From Macrostomum hystrix (taxonomy: Eukaryota > Animalia > Platyhelminthes): DNA of 64,000 bases. The stretch spans positions 3,596,001-3,660,000 of the forward strand of contig CATNEN010000003.1 of NCBI GenBank assembly GCA_950097015.1, given 5' to 3'. Below the pieces are notes generated by a model that was not told the DNA's origin, made no database searches, and saw only the letters and a list, made by a program, of their open reading frames with translations. This document shows, in pieces, positions 46,728 to 60,608 of this stretch (position 1 is the first letter of the stretch; each line of letters starts with the position of its first letter). Both the position numbers and the translations under genes were made by a program.

Positions 46728-49700
46728 ATGGCCAGTGACAATGACCCAGACAATCAAATGATGTACAACGTGCAACGTCCTGTCCTAGACTATGGCACAT
46801 TTGCGCGCAGATATCGCGAGACATTTCGCAGTAAACGATCGCTGCTGAACATTGCTAGGGACGAAGCCAAGCAACAGTGCGGCGGCTGCGAGGCTCGCCA
46901 CTGGTCCAACCGGCTCCTAGCCGTGGTGCCTCTGGTGAACATCTTCAGGCGTGGTCAATACAGCCGAACAGATCTGGTGTCGGATCTAATAGCCGGTTTT
47001 ACCGCGTGTATATTTCACATACCGCAAGGTCTAGCCTACGGCCTACTGGCTAGTTTGAAACCAATCAACGGACTTTACACGTCGCTGATTCCTGTGCTCA
47101 TCTTCGCCGTGTTTGGCCGTTCGCGTCATCTATCAATTGGCACATTCTCTTTAATGGCACTTTTATTATCGGACATGGTCGAGGCGCGCTATGAGAGTTA
47201 TTTGAATCGACTGCCTGTCAATGCCAGCCTACCAATGAACCTCACGACTGTTGACTATGCAAAACTGCAAACCGCCATAGTTGGCACATTTGCAGCGTCT
47301 TTGCTTTTACTGATCATCGGCCTGCTAAGACTGGGCTTCTTCATGCGGTACATGTCTGACGCCATGCTGAAGGGTTTCACTTCAGCAGCAGCTGTGCAGG
47401 TCATTGTCAGCCAGATGCCAATGCTGCTGGGTATCCAGCCAGAGAGAAGCAACAGTCACTTTAGGATTGCTGCCGTGAGTGCTCAGTGCTCTTGTGATCA
47501 TTGAGTTGCTAATCAATTGAGCAGTCTTGCTACTTTCCAGATTGTAAAAAAATGTTTAAAGCACTTATTCGAACTAAGCGGGTCGGTGGCAGAGCGGTGA
47601 ACGCGTTTGCCTCTCACACCAAGGTCCCTGAGCTCGATTCCGCGACTAGGCCACATCTATTTAGGTTTGTTACGCTCTTGAGGGCCAACCTCCAAGGCAA
47701 GGCGAGAGTGTACACTGCCTGACGATGAGAATGTCAGGGCAGATGTACACACCTGTGTGAGCGTGTGCCTGCGTACAGTGTCTGTGTGCTGCGGGTCTAG
47801 TGTCACCAAATAATGTGCCATAGCACACATTCCTCCTGCAATGATTATTATTAATACTAGTACGACCTTAACTCTAATTAACTTATCTTCAATAAAAATA
47901 AAACTTTCAGAGCCTAGCCAATCAGTATCGAGTGATTCAGTCTGCAAACTTTATCACACTGGGTCTCTCAGCAAGCTGTTGCATTGTACTTTTACTGGTG
48001 AAAGAGTTTCTTAATCCCATAGTTAAAAAGAAAATTAGAGTTCCCGTACCAATCGAGCTAATAATCATTGTCATCACTTTGCTAGTTTTCAAATTCACCG
48101 ATCTGAGCCAGACCACCAAGGTGGACATTGTTGGCGATGTACCTCGCGGCCTGCCAGTTCCGCTTGTACCCGATTTCAATTTCCTTCCCGAAATGCTTCC
48201 CTCGGCCATTCCTGTCGGTGTTGTCAGCGGAGCGATCACATTGTCGCTAGCTAAGCTCTACTGTTTAGAGTTTCAATACAGCTACGATTTTAATGAGGAT
48301 TTTGTTGTACTGGGCCTCAGCAGTTTGGTGTCAAGCTTCTTCCAGTGCTTCCTGGCTTGCGGCGCTCTGGCTAGAAACTCTGTGGTTGTCTCGGTGAGTT
48401 GCTTTAGAGTTATTCTGACAAAAAATCTAACAGTTTTACTCACTATACTACTGCAGATAGCTTCGTCAGTAGGCAAATGAAAAGATAAGTAGTGTTGAAC
48501 ATTCACGCGACTCTAAAAAAGTTACGAATCAACAATCAACGCAGAGTTAAGTGTCTAGCTAAATGACACAATTTTTTTCATTGAAGTCTTGAATCGAACC
48601 CCCGACCTTCATTTGGTGACAGTCTAATCACTGGTGATCTAAACTAGGAGGGTAGCATCTCATTCTACGATTCACGAAACCCTGTTCCAATAATAAAAAT
48701 CGAACTCCGGAACTCCAGATTGGTGATGCAGTGTCGAACAAGTCTCCAACAACACTGACCAAAAGTTCCTGTAGACAAGAAAACACACCAAATAATTGAC
48801 AGGTGGGCATGAAGACACAGATTTCTAGTTTGATCAGCTGTGCAGGAATGCTGCTTGTCCTACTGGCTGTTGGTCCATTTTTTGAAACTGTACCAAACTG
48901 CGTGCTGAGCTCGATCATCATCGTATCAATATTCAATGTGCTGCTACCTGTCAGAGAACTGCCGCACATGTTTCGAGTTTCGCGAGTCGATTTCGCCGTG
49001 TTCGTTCTCTCAGGCCTGGCTGTTCTCATCCTGGATGTCACTCTGGGCTTGGCCATCGGATTCGCTGTCAATTTATTCTCATTGGTACTTAGAGTTCAAT
49101 TGCCGCCAATGTCTGTTCTAGGCAAAGTCGAGGACACTGACCTGTACGCTGATCTCCAGGTTTGCAAATCGGCCAAGTCGCTTCCTGGAATAGTGATTTT
49201 GCGTTTTAACGCTCCAGTGAATTTTGCCAACGCTGAGACTTTAAACGATTTCGTGCTGGGACTCGGGCAAGCAGCGGTTTCGAATCAGGATGCAAACGAA
49301 ATGTCTGAAGCTGTACATAGTGTCATTCTTGACTGCTCAGCCTGGTCTTATGTCGATATGGTCGGCGTGAGAACACTCAGAGAGGTGAGCGCTATCTTAA
49401 ATAGGCCATTTTTTTGCCTCTCGCACCACGGTCCCTAAGCTCGGTTCCGCGGCGAGGCCACATTCATTTGGGGCGCAGCCGCGGAGGGAAGACTTAAGGG
49501 CTTGTCGTGCAATTTACGCCCTTAATGGCCAACCTCCAAGGCACAGTGAGAGTGCACACAGCTGACGATGAGAAAGTCATGGCAGGTATACACACCTTTG
49601 TGAGTGTGAAAACAGCAGAGAACCAATGTCCCCCCAGCAGCAGAGAACCAATGTCCCCCCAGCAGCAGAGAACCAATGTCCCCCCAGCAGCAGAGAACCA

Positions 49701-50541
49701 ATGTCCCCCCAGCAGCAGAGAACCAATGTCCCCCCAGCAGCAGAGAACCAATGTCCCCCCAGCAGCAGAGAACCAATGTCCCCCCAGCAGCAGAGAACCA
49801 ATGTCCCCCCAGCAGCAGAGAACCAATGTCCCCCCAGCAGCAGAGAACCAATGTACCCCCAGCAGCAGAGAACCAATGTACCCCCAGCAGCAGAGAACCA
49901 ATGTTCCCACAGCAGCAGAGAACCAATGTTCCCACAGCAGCAGAGAACCAATGTTCCCACAGCAGCAGAGAACCAATGTCCCCCCAGCAGCAGAGAACCA
50001 ATGTCCCCCCAGCAGCAGAGAACCAATGTACCCCCAGCAGCAGAGAACCAATGTTCCCACAGCAGCAGAGAACCAATGTTCCCACAGCAGCAGAGAACCA
50101 ATGTTCCCACAGCAGCAGAGAACCAATGCCCCCACAGCAGCAGAGAACCAATGTCCCTCTATAGCAGTTAGACAATGTTGATTTGCTAAAACACGAAAAT
50201 AATTCAAATTTCTCGCTAAAAGTACACGATAAAACGCGAAGCAACCCGCACGGCAACACCAGATCCACCGTCTACTGGCCGATCGTGGCCAAAGAGTTCT
50301 GCTAGCCGCGTGCAACGACTCTGTTCGATCGAGTTTCTCCAAGCAGAGCTTGACCTGGGCGCCTTCAAACTGCTACGTCACTATTCACGACGCGGTTCTG
50401 TACGCGGTTCAGGTTCCACCGTTGCCATCAGACAATGTCGATCGCAATAATGCGGCTGCTGAGATTGTCGTCGATCAACTGGACGATGATGAAGGAGTAG
50501 CCGGTCTCATTGTGAATGATGCTGCAGTTTCTGAGGAATGA
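46728..50541 (+). CDS. SLC26 anion transporter paralog C; exons 46728-47474, 47911-48393, 48803-49384, 50263-50541
   Basis: Same signatures and same three phase-0 intron positions as A; STAS present (LRFNAPVNFAN, VILDCSA, YVTIHDAV). Confidence 0.93.
47580..47856 (+). mobile_element. SINE family A in C intron 1
   Basis: tRNA head, hairpin, (TTA) tail, internal deletions. Confidence 0.85.
49415..49610 (+). mobile_element. SINE family A partial copy in C intron 3
   Basis: Matches ~3520-3712. Confidence 0.8.
49612..50160. repeat. 25-bp minisatellite (aaccaatgtccccccagcagcagag)n in C intron 3
   Basis: ~22 tandem units. Confidence 0.95.
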
Positions 50542-51711
50542 ACTGAAATATTGTTTATGAACTGATCTCGATTCATATTGTGGACTTTCACGTAAACCGG
50601 TTTGGGAGCTGTCGTTGATTTTTTTCTGTTACTCTTTTGTCGATTTTGTCGATAAATCCTTCAGACAGTGTGAGTCGGTTTAAATATATGTTTGTTTAAT
50701 TGTTTTATACAAATCAAGACCTCTAATTAGGACGATATTTAAATAACATCGAGTTGTTGATTTTCGCATCGTGTCAACATTTTAATCGAGTCATGCATTA
50801 TCACAAACAGGTGAGAGTTTTGCAATGACAGTTAACTCTAAAGTGACCGGCAAATTTTCGGTGACCACTGAAGATTTTATGAAATGATAGCAGATAAACA
50901 CATTGTCCAAATAAATGGTTTGCAGTGTGGCATATAGTTGCATAGTTATCTGTGCATTATCAGCTGGTAATTGAGTCAGAGCTAAGGGGTGAAACACTGG
51001 TGGATGGGCCACGCTGAGGTCATTGCGCCTACACATGATTCATATAAAAATTCTGCGCTTGTTTCACTGTAAAACAACAAAAGCAACAGCAGCAGCAGCA
51101 GCAATAGCTAAAGAATGATGCGCGCATTTTCAATCTTTGCCCCTCTGCCCACGGAGATCTGTTTATTGTTTCTTGGCAAAACTGTTGACCCCAAGCAGGT
51201 GCAGGGAGGGTGTGTCTGTGTGTGTGTGTGTGTGTGTGCTAAGCTCAAGATTGCGTTTGTCATTATAACCACGCAATTTTATTTAGCCAGTATTATTGCC
51301 GTTTGCTTTGAAATTGTCTTTCTAATTCTCTACCATTGTAACCTGCCTTTTATTACTAGTTTGTGGTCTAGTCTGTCATTAATCTATGCGACCATATACA
51401 TGAATGAATCCAGTTACTAATAAATTACAAATGAGGGTTTTAGAATTTGTCGTTTTTATTGGGCGTTGACTTCGGTTGCTTGCAAAATGGTCAGAATAAC
51501 TTCATGAAATATTTATATTTCATTTTAGCAACGCCTTTTTGCACTCTATGGGTTGGTACATTTTAGCGGCCTGTTAAAGTAAAACAAATCTTACTTACAT
51601 TTAAGCCTAACAACGCTGCGGGTTTAAATTTTGTAGGAATAAAATAATAAAAAGACAATAAATTTGTTAATTAGAAACGTGTCACAATGCTATCCATTCC
51701 ATATGAAAGAT

Positions 51712-52030
51712 TCAAGGTCACGGATTGAGGTGGTGCAGTGATGACAGCCAATCGGAATAAAGATTTCAAGGTCAAGGAGTGAGATGGATATGCGATGGCC
51801 TGACAGCCAATCAGAATAAAAAGTCTTGGTCGCGGTGTGAGGTAGATATGCGATGGCCTGACAGCCAATCGGAATAAAGAAGTCAAGGTCACGGAGTGAG
51901 GATATGCGATGGCCTGACAGCCAATCGGAATAAAGAAGTCAAGGTCACGGAGTGAGGTGGATATGCGATGGCCTGACAGCCAATCGGAATAAAAAGTCTT
52001 GGTCGCGGTGTGAGGTGGATAGGCGACTGC
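51712..52030. repeat. Imperfect ~57-bp tandem repeat, ~5-6 copies
   Basis: gatatgcgatggcctgacagccaatcggaataaa recurs. Confidence 0.85.
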
Positions 52031-52567
52031 CCCGCTGTCAAGTGGGAATAAATCTCAATCTTTACAGGAACCGGGCACGTAATTATTAATTGAGCAAAGT
52101 TTGTACTCAGATATAAACTCCTTAAAAGAGAAACCGAATAGATCGATATTAATATTAGCGTTTTTCGAAGCAGTGTACGCTCGTATAGTTGTGCGACGTA
52201 TATTTTAGAATATGCGTTGAGTTTCATTAGACACATCAAGGAGTCGCTATAAAAGCATACAATATTTAACTGATAATTATCAAATCTTTCATGAATACAA
52301 TATGTTAAACAGAAACAACAATGAACCCGGATATCAGATTAATACCATGAGTAGCGCACGTACAGCACAACAATGCAAGAGTGTTTCACACTTTTGTGGG
52401 AATCGATTTCAAATGATTTAATCCGAGTAAAAAACTATGACAGATCGGATTTGTCGATAGCGAAACGCGAACACACACTAGAATGGGACATGTTAATCTT
52501 TACAAGCGCAGAGAGGTATAATTGATGAGAGTAGAGACTGGGCTGCGAGTCAAGAAGTGAGTGAATG

Positions 52568-52990
52568 TCAGACAAGCGATTCCTGCTGATTCGCCAGCAC
52601 CGGCTGCAGCGGCTTGGGCAGTCGGGTTAGCGGCTGTCGCGGGCTGGCAGCACCAGCCGACTCCACCAGCGAAGGTCCTCGCATTGGCGCGTGCCGGCTA
52701 GAGAAGTGCAACAGCTGCCTGCTCTGCCTGCCGCCAGTTGTTGCTGAGTCGATGCTGTCCCGCTTGTGCAGCCGGCTGAGTCGATCGAACTCTTGGTTTC
52801 GATGCCGAGTAGCCTCGTCACAATCCGGGCGATGCTGGTGCTGTTGCTGGTGCTGGTGCTGGTGCTGTTGCTGGTGCTGGTGCCGCGCCTGGACGGACGG
52901 CTGTTGAAACGGCTGTCTCGCAGCTGGCTCAAGGCCAATCAACTCTAAGCGAGTCTCTGAGCTGGACCGCTTGCGAAATCGAAACTGTTG

Positions 52991-53032
<42 letters not shown>

Positions 53033-55525
53033 AGTTGATTGACGCCGCGCAGCCGCGGTCGCAGCCGCCGCAAGTGAAGCCGAGGCTGGATTAACTCTGA
53101 CAGGCCCGGTTGTTGACGTTCCAGTTGTTGTTTTCGCCAACGTCGAAGTCGGAACAGGCGAAGAAGTCGCCGCTACCGATGAAACCATCGGATGCCGCGA
53201 CTTTGACTCCGCGAGTGGATCGAAGTCAGCTGGGAGTGGCTGCCTACCACTGCTGCCGGCACTGCTGCCGCTGCCACCGGGTCCAACCGACGCCGGTCGT
53301 CGTTTCATGCGAGCGGGCACCGGCGGTCGCTCCCGGCGCGGAGTTGCCAGTGTGGTCACCTCCTGGTACGGAAGCGGCGGCGGTGGTAGCAGTTGTCTCT
53401 GCTGCGGCCGCTGCTGCTGCTGCTGCTGTTGCTGCTCTCTTGATCGTTGACTTCGAACTTGGCGCTTCATGGCAATCTCATACGGTGGCGGCTGCTGGCG
53501 TTCAGGTATGTCAATCGAAGCGCCGGTAAAAGCTGAAGATGATCGCTGACTGTCGTCAAGTTGCTGATCACTGAGCTGCAGGCCCGAATCTTTTGACAGG
53601 GAAGACATTGAGAGTGGCTCTGTCGCACCTGCTGGCCTGACTCCGTCCACTGCGAGCAGGCTCTCCGTGGAAGACATTGGATCGTCAGGCTTGCAAATGT
53701 GTCTCAAAAAGCTGTCCAGAGCTCGCGCATTCGCCTTCGCATCGGGCCAGATGTCGTTGAAGTTGGCGATCATCAGCTCGATGAGCTTGTTGACGCGCTG
53801 CGCCTCCTGTTCCATTGTTGCTAGGCTGGCTCCTTGTGGGTCGTGGTCTAGCACCGAGAAGGAAACGGAAGTGCCAATATTGGCGGGCGTCATCTGATTC
53901 TGCTCGTGATTATCGGCCACCCGGCGCAGAACAGTCATGAGCATATGCAACAGGTGAGTATTCTGGGGCTGCATCTGCTGGATGATGCTTCGAATGTCGG
54001 ATATCGCCTTCTGTTGGCTAATGGACTCGTGCACGAGATCATGTCCAATGCGGCTCCACTGGTCGGCGAGGCTATTTTGCAGCAGGTTGCCGGGCAGTTT
54101 CCTGAGGTAGTGCTTCAAAGCGTCGGCAATGCAGTGCTCGCCGAAATTGTTCAACTGCGGCAAATTGTCGGGTTTGGACAGGTCGTACTGACTGAGCAGC
54201 TGCAGCACCTGGTTCTTCTCGCTGACGGAGCCCGGCTGACGGAAGATGCCGCGTGCCGCAAAGCAGCGATGGTAGATTTGAGCCAGGAGGCACGTGACTG
54301 GCCTGGAGACAGTGCCTGACGGATACAGCTCGGTCAACGATCGGCCAATAATGCTTGAAGGCTCGCTCGAGCCGCAGCCGCTCAGGTTGCTGCTGCTTGA
54401 TACCGCTAGAGCTTCCACTGAACTCTGCCGGACAAGACGACTGCTGGTGAGCCAGCTGCGAATCTTTCCAGAGGCTCGTCGGCTCTGGTTCTGCTGCTGC
54501 AGCTGGTGCTGGTGCTGGTTTTGCTGCTTCTTTTTCTTGGAAGCGGAGCACGAGCCGGCGGAACAGGCGTCCATTGAGTGCAGTGACAGTCGGACCACAG
54601 TGGCATCGTGGCAGAGCGTCTCTTCTAAGTCCATCGAGTTGGAGTCGTTCGGACTGGTTGAAGACGCTTCAGACTGGACGCTGCCGCGACGTCGCTCCGA
54701 TCTGTGCCTGTCGTGGATGTTGTACAGCACGGTGGCGAAGATCGACTCGCAGCCGACGAAGCAGTGACCGCTAGATCCTTCGAGGCATAGCTGTGCTCGA
54801 AGACTCGAGTCCAGTTTGAAGGCCGACTTACATTTGCGCACAATCTCATTGGCTGTTTCATGTGGCTTCACAGTTAGAAGCTGCATCGAGCTTGGCAGCC
54901 CTTCGACTGCAGCAGACGGACTCCCGGACGCCGCGTCCAGCTGGATGCAGCTGCCCAGACTCACCAAGAACTGCTCGTTCGGATCCGCATAGTCCCCGTA
55001 CAGTCGACACAGAGTCTCCTGGTTGACCTTCTGAAAGTTCAGCAAGAATTGTTCCTTCTCGCCGCTGGTTGCAAACGTCACGATCATGAGGTCTTTGTTC
55101 CAGCCGGCCAGCACGGCCAGGCTTTCGTCCTTGATCCGGTGACTGTCGCTCGGTACGTAGTCCGAGATGTTTCTGCGCAACCAAACGTAATAGACAAATA
55201 TTTTGGCCTTCAGTTTCTCCTTCTTCTTCAGCTTCAGCTGGTCACCCTGCAGCTGAAGTACCCTGTCAGAGGGATCCTGCTCGAAGTGCAGCTGATTTTT
55301 AGACGACTTCTTGCGCGAATGCACGCTTACGCGCGCCTCGAACAATGTCTCGCCAGCCAGATGCTCGTCCTCGGAGGAGCTGACGCATTCGCCGCTGGAC
55401 TCGCGCAACAGTCGCGACATTCCACCGCCGTTGACAAAGGATCTGGTTACTGGCGGAGTCTGCAACAGATGCTGCTGCTGTGGATGCGCCTGATGACGCC
55501 TGTACACTATGCCAGTTTCGTCCAT
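52568..55525 (-). CDS. Rho GTPase-activating protein (ARHGAP20-like architecture: putative PH and RA, then RhoGAP; poly-Q tail), intronless CDS
   Basis: 985 aa; RGIFRQPGS arginine finger, IADALKHYLRKLPGNLL, NQMTPANIG; N-terminal domain calls are inference. Confidence 0.88.
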
Positions 55526-56562
55526 GTCTGAGACGAACGGACAAAACTAAACGAGAAAAGCAAAGGTGTTTTTATTGAGCTCGTACCCTGGCAGGCTGCC
55601 TAGCTCATTATTAATAGGCCTGCTATATTTATTGCTTTGGTGCGGGGAAAGCTATTCTGGTTTTTCAATTGAGCCAGATTTTCAAAAACTGCTTCGACTA
55701 TGGCGAGAGGCACGCTGTGGAGGGAGGAGAGTGTGGAGGGGTTAGACAAGTTATTAGCCCGGCGAAGAAGGACCAGAGGCGGAGACTAAGTTAGTCTTCG
55801 GTTGGGCAAACGACGTACGCTCTACAGCGGCTCTGTGCACAGGAAAACTCCGTCTCTCCTTCACCACACCACGTGTCCCTGTCTTTCTCTATCTCTCTCG
55901 CTCTGCTTCTCTGCTTCTCAACAGGCCTTCATGCGTTCTGTACTCGGTCCGACGGTTAAAGCCAGTCACAGTAAACTACCTCAGTACCAGTGTGTGGTTG
56001 GCCTAGCTCTTACTTTTAATTACAAGGCCATTGAGCTCATAAGACTTGAGCAATTATGCACCAATATATTAGTGAGTGTGTGCCAAAAAACAAGTTTACC
56101 TTTCAGTGAACATAAAAAATAGCCACCCGCTCATGATCAGTATTGTCTCTCTTCGTTAAGATGCTTGAGTTCTTTTGTTCTTTATATATTCATGCATCGG
56201 ACGCCCTGGTTAGCCCTGTGTACTTTTATCGCCAAAATCTTCGTGCACGTTTTCAAAGCCCTTTTTACTGCTGAACAATTCAATACCAAGCTCTCTACTG
56301 TTCAAGTGTTTCCAGTGTAGGCGCGCGGTTGAAAGTAAAAAGAATTTTCTCACAAATTTGGCTACATGACGAATCTTGTGCTCACACCACACACACACAC
56401 ACCCTACACACACACAAGTGCACTGAGTGAGAGAATGAGACAATATAATGCAAGCAACAGGCATCACCGACTCTCAAGAATGAACCAAGTCCCCAAACCT
56501 TTCAGGAAAGGTTTTGTCATAAAACTGCCGTAGCATATGGTTCTTGCAACATCGTAACCTCA

Positions 56563-56887
56563 TAATAATAATATAATATAATCATAATCATAGTTGCAGG
56601 ACGGCTGCGGCCAATGGCACATCATTTAGTGACACTAGACCCACAGCCAGCGAGGAGGCAATTCTGCTCATTTCGCTGACTCCTGAGCACACACTTTCTC
56701 AGATACTATACGCAGGCACACACTTTCACTGTGCCTTGGAGGTTGGCCTTCAAGGTTGGCCTTGGTGATCAGCCCCCAAGCCTTCTCTGCGTGGCTGCGC
56801 CCCAAATAAATGTGGCCTCGCCGTAGAATCGAACTTAGGGACCGTGGTGCGAGAGGCAAACGCGTTAACCGCTCTGCCACCGACCCC
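56563..56887 (-). mobile_element. SINE family A copy lacking the central hairpin
   Basis: Reverse complement of head, 3' body and TTA tail. Confidence 0.85.
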
Positions 56888-57404
56888 TTTCGTTACCTCT
56901 TACACTGAGCCATTATTAAACGATCTGTACGTGCAGATTTCACAAAATGGAACTGATAATAATTTAAATTCGCAAACATGGCGTGATTCGAAAGTTAAAA
57001 TGCCTCTTGTATTTAAAACGAACTCCTTTAGAACATTAGAAGTGCAAATCTACCTTTAAAGTATAACTCTATATTCCCTCTGTGTACAAGGTACGCCACT
57101 GATTTTAGGTTTAAATTGTGTACTATTGTAGTCGTAGATAGCAAAGTTGCGCAAAAACTTTGCTTCTCGTGTCAAAATGATAAGGGGACAAAAATACCAG
57201 TTCAAGTTTTAATTTTCAGCTTCTAACATAAGCATTTCTATGCAATTTAGATTTGTTTTTTATTTTATAACTAAGATTCAACTAACGAAAAAAACTTTAC
57301 AGTCAAGTGCAAAGAGTGGTGAGATAAGGAGGCGTAATTTCTATTATTATCTCTGCAACGCTTTGCTCAATCTTTACGGGTGTGGAGGTTCAAATCAAAG
57401 ATTA

Positions 57405-58958
57405 AATTCTTGTCGAATGCAGGGCTTCTATTGTAGGGTTCTGCTTGTCGAAATTCTTGTCGAATGCAGGGCTTCTATTGTAGGTCTCTGTTTGTCGAAA
57501 TTCTTGTCGAATGCAGGGCTTCTATTATAGGGTTCTGTTTGTCGAAATTCTTGTCGAATGCAGGGCTTCTATTGTAGGGTTCTGTTTGTCGAAATTCTTG
57601 TCGAATGCAGGGCTTCTATTGTAGGGTTCTGTTTGTCGAAATTCTTGTCGAATGCAGAGCTTCTATTGTAGGGTTCTGTTTGTCGAAATTCTTGTCGAAT
57701 GCAGGGCTTCTATTGTAGGGTTCTGTTTGTCGAAATTCTTGTCGAATGCAGAGCTTCTATTGTAGGGTTCTGTTTGTCGAAATTCTTGTCGAATGCAGGG
57801 CTTCTATTGTAGGTCTCTGTTTGTCGAAATTCTTGTCGAATGCAGGGCTTCTATTGTAGGGTTCTGTTTGTCGAAATTCTTGTCGAATGCAGGGCTTCTA
57901 TTGTAGGGTTCTGTTTGTCGAAATTCTTGTCGAATGCAGGGCTTCTATTGTAGGTCTCTGTTTGTCGAAATTCTTGTCGAATGCAGGGCTTCTATTGTAG
58001 GTCTCTGTTTGTCGAAATTCTTGTCGAATGCAGAGCTTCTATTGTAGGGTTCTGTTTGTCGAAATTCTTGTCGAATGCAGGGCTTCTATTGTAGGGTTCT
58101 GTTTGTCGAAATTCTTGTCGAATGTAGGGCTTCTATTATAGGTCTCTGTTTGTCGAAATTCTTGTCGAATGCAGGGCTTCTATTGTAGGTCTCTGTTTGT
58201 CGAAATTCTTGTCGAATGCAGGGCTTCTATTGTAGATCTCTGTTTGTCGAAATTCATGTCGAATGCAGGGCTTCTATTGTAGGTCTCTGTTTGTCGAAAT
58301 TCTTGTCGAATGCAGGGCTTCTATTATAGGTCTCTGTTTGTCGAAATTCTTGTCGAATGCAGGGCTTCTATTATAGGTCTCTGTTTGTCGAAATTCTTGT
58401 CGAATGCAGGGCTTCCATTGTAGGGTTCTGTTTGTCGAAACTCTTGTCGAATGCAGAGCTTCTATTGTAGGTTTCTGCTTGTCGAAATTCTTGTCGAATG
58501 CAGAGCTTCTATTATAGGTCTCTGTTTGTCGAAATTCTTGTCGAATGCAGGGCTTCTATTGTAGGTCTCTGTTTGTCGAAATTCTTGTCGAATGCAGGGC
58601 TTCTATTGTAGGTCTCTGTTTGTCGAAATTCTTGTCGAATGCAGGGCTTCTATTGTAGGTCTCTGTTTGTCGAAATTCTTGTCGAATGCAGGGCTTCTAT
58701 TGTAGGTTTCTGTTTGTCGAAATTCTTGTCGAATGCAGGGCTACTATTGTAGGTCTCTGTTTGTCGAAATTCTTGTCGAATGCAGGGCTTCTATTGTAGG
58801 TCTCTGTTTGTCGAAATTCTTGTCGAATGCAGGGCTTCTATTGTAGGGTTCTGTTTGTCGAAATTCTTGTCGAATGCAGGGCTTCTATTGTAGGGTTCTG
58901 TTTGTCGAAATTCTTGTCGAATGCAGGGCTTCTATTGTAGGGTTCTGTTGGTCGAAAT
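57405..58958. repeat. 47-bp minisatellite, ~33 units
   Basis: (tcgaaattcttgtcgaatgcagggcttctattgtagggttctgtttg)n. Confidence 0.96.
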
Positions 58959-59422
58959 GCCTGACTTCCTGTCGAATTTAGGTTTTGATTGTAGGTTTAC
59001 TGTCTGTCGAAATTGTCTAGAATCCAATCTTTTTTTGTCAAAATTTTCTATCGCTATCTTACTCGTAGACTGTGTTGTTAAGTGCTTCAAATGTACAATT
59101 CTACTGTTGCTATACTTATTTCTATTCCGACAATATGTAAGAAGTGAGTCATTCGAGTGGGCGTCAAATGAATGCCAGAATCGTACATATTTTCAAGTAC
59201 AGCAGTGCATAGTTGACACTAATTAATAGGGTTGCAGCCAGCATGATGCATTGCATTCTGATACTAGCTGCAATGACTAGTCAGCCATTGTAAATAGATA
59301 AGTATAGAGCTCTTTCTAAATTTGAACTGCAGTAAAGAATTAAGATTGAAAAAGCAAAATTAAATATTACTTTTATTGTCGGCCTCTTTAAAGTGCATCT
59401 ATTGAAGTTACTCATGCCAACA

Positions 59423-60186
59423 AACTGAAGTATCTGATTTCAGTAGTGTCTGTAACTGAAGTCCCTGTTTACAGTAGTGTCTGTAACTGAAGTCTCTGAT
59501 TACAGTAGTGTCTGTAACTGAAGTCTCTGATTACAGTAGTGTGTCTGTAACTGAAGTCCCTGTTTACAGTAGTGTCTGCAACTGAAGTCTCTGATTACAG
59601 TAGTGTCTGTAACTGAAGTCTCTGATTACAGTAGTGTGTCTGTAACTGAAGTCTGTGTTTACAGTAGTGTCTGTAACTGAAGTCTCTGATTACAGTAGTG
59701 TCTGTAACTGAAGTCTCTGATTACAGTAGTGTCTGTAACTGAAGTCTGTGTTTACAGTAGTGTCTGTAACTAAAGTCCGTGTTTACAGTAGTGTCTGTAA
59801 CTGAAGTCCCTGTTTACAGTAGTGTCTGTAACTGAAGTCTGTGTTTACAGTAGTGTCTGTAACTGAAGTATCTGTTTACAGTAGTGTGTCTGTAACTGAA
59901 GTCTCTGATTACAGTAGTGTGTCTGTAACTGAAGTCTGTGTTTACAGTAGTGTCTGTAACTGAAGTCTCTGATTACAGTAGTGTGTCTGTAACTGAAGTC
60001 TGTGTTTACAGTAGTGTCTGTAACTGAAGTCCCTGATTACAGTAGTGTGTCTGTAACTGAAGTCTGTGTTTACAGTAGTGTCTGTAACTGAAGTCTCTGT
60101 TTACAGTAGTGTCTGTAACTGAAGTCCCTGTTTACAGTAGTGTCTGTAAATGAAGTCTCTGATTACAGTATTGTGTCTGTAACTGC
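59423..60186. repeat. 31/33-bp minisatellite
   Basis: (acagtagtgtctgtaactgaagtctctgatt)n. Confidence 0.95.
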
Positions 60187-60582
60187 AGTTCAATTTCATT
60201 TAGAAATCGGAAGTAGAATTGCAAAACTTTTATTTTGTATTTGGTTCATATTCCAACTCATAAAAACACACACAATCGCCAAATTAAGTCATCGTTAATG
60301 CTTTTACCAATATGCGAAATTTCTAATGTTCATTTATGCGAAATTGGAAAGAATTTATTACTAAAGCTAGAAGACTATTTGGTAGTTGGTTACAAACTAG
60401 AAGCCTAAAAAACTACAAGTCGTGTCAGCTCTGGTGTCTCTGGTGTCTCCTCTGGTGTATATTGTTGCTGTTGTTATTAGAAGCCTAGTCAAATTAACTA
60501 ACAATTAAGAATTAGTAATAAAAGTTTTCAAAGCTAGTGTGACGTTTTTACTTGCTTTTAAGGCGTATTTACTGTAATTATT

Positions 60583-60608
60583 TGGGTGGCCCTTAAAAGG
60601 GCCGTTTT
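60583..60608 (-). promoter_or_regulatory. Replication-dependent histone mRNA 3' stem-loop motif (orphan)
   Basis: Minus strand AAAAC-GGCCCT-TTTA-AGGGCC-ACCCA: 6-bp stem, 4-nt loop, canonical flanks. Confidence 0.8.

Noticed and set aside
53110-55531. Antisense and alternative-frame ORFs over RhoGAP and SLC26 exons
   Set aside because: Shadow ORFs expected in GC-rich coding DNA
57405-60186. Regular repeat arrays as CRISPR
   Set aside because: Head-to-tail units without unique spacers, no cas genes, eukaryotic context; applies to all arrays in the window
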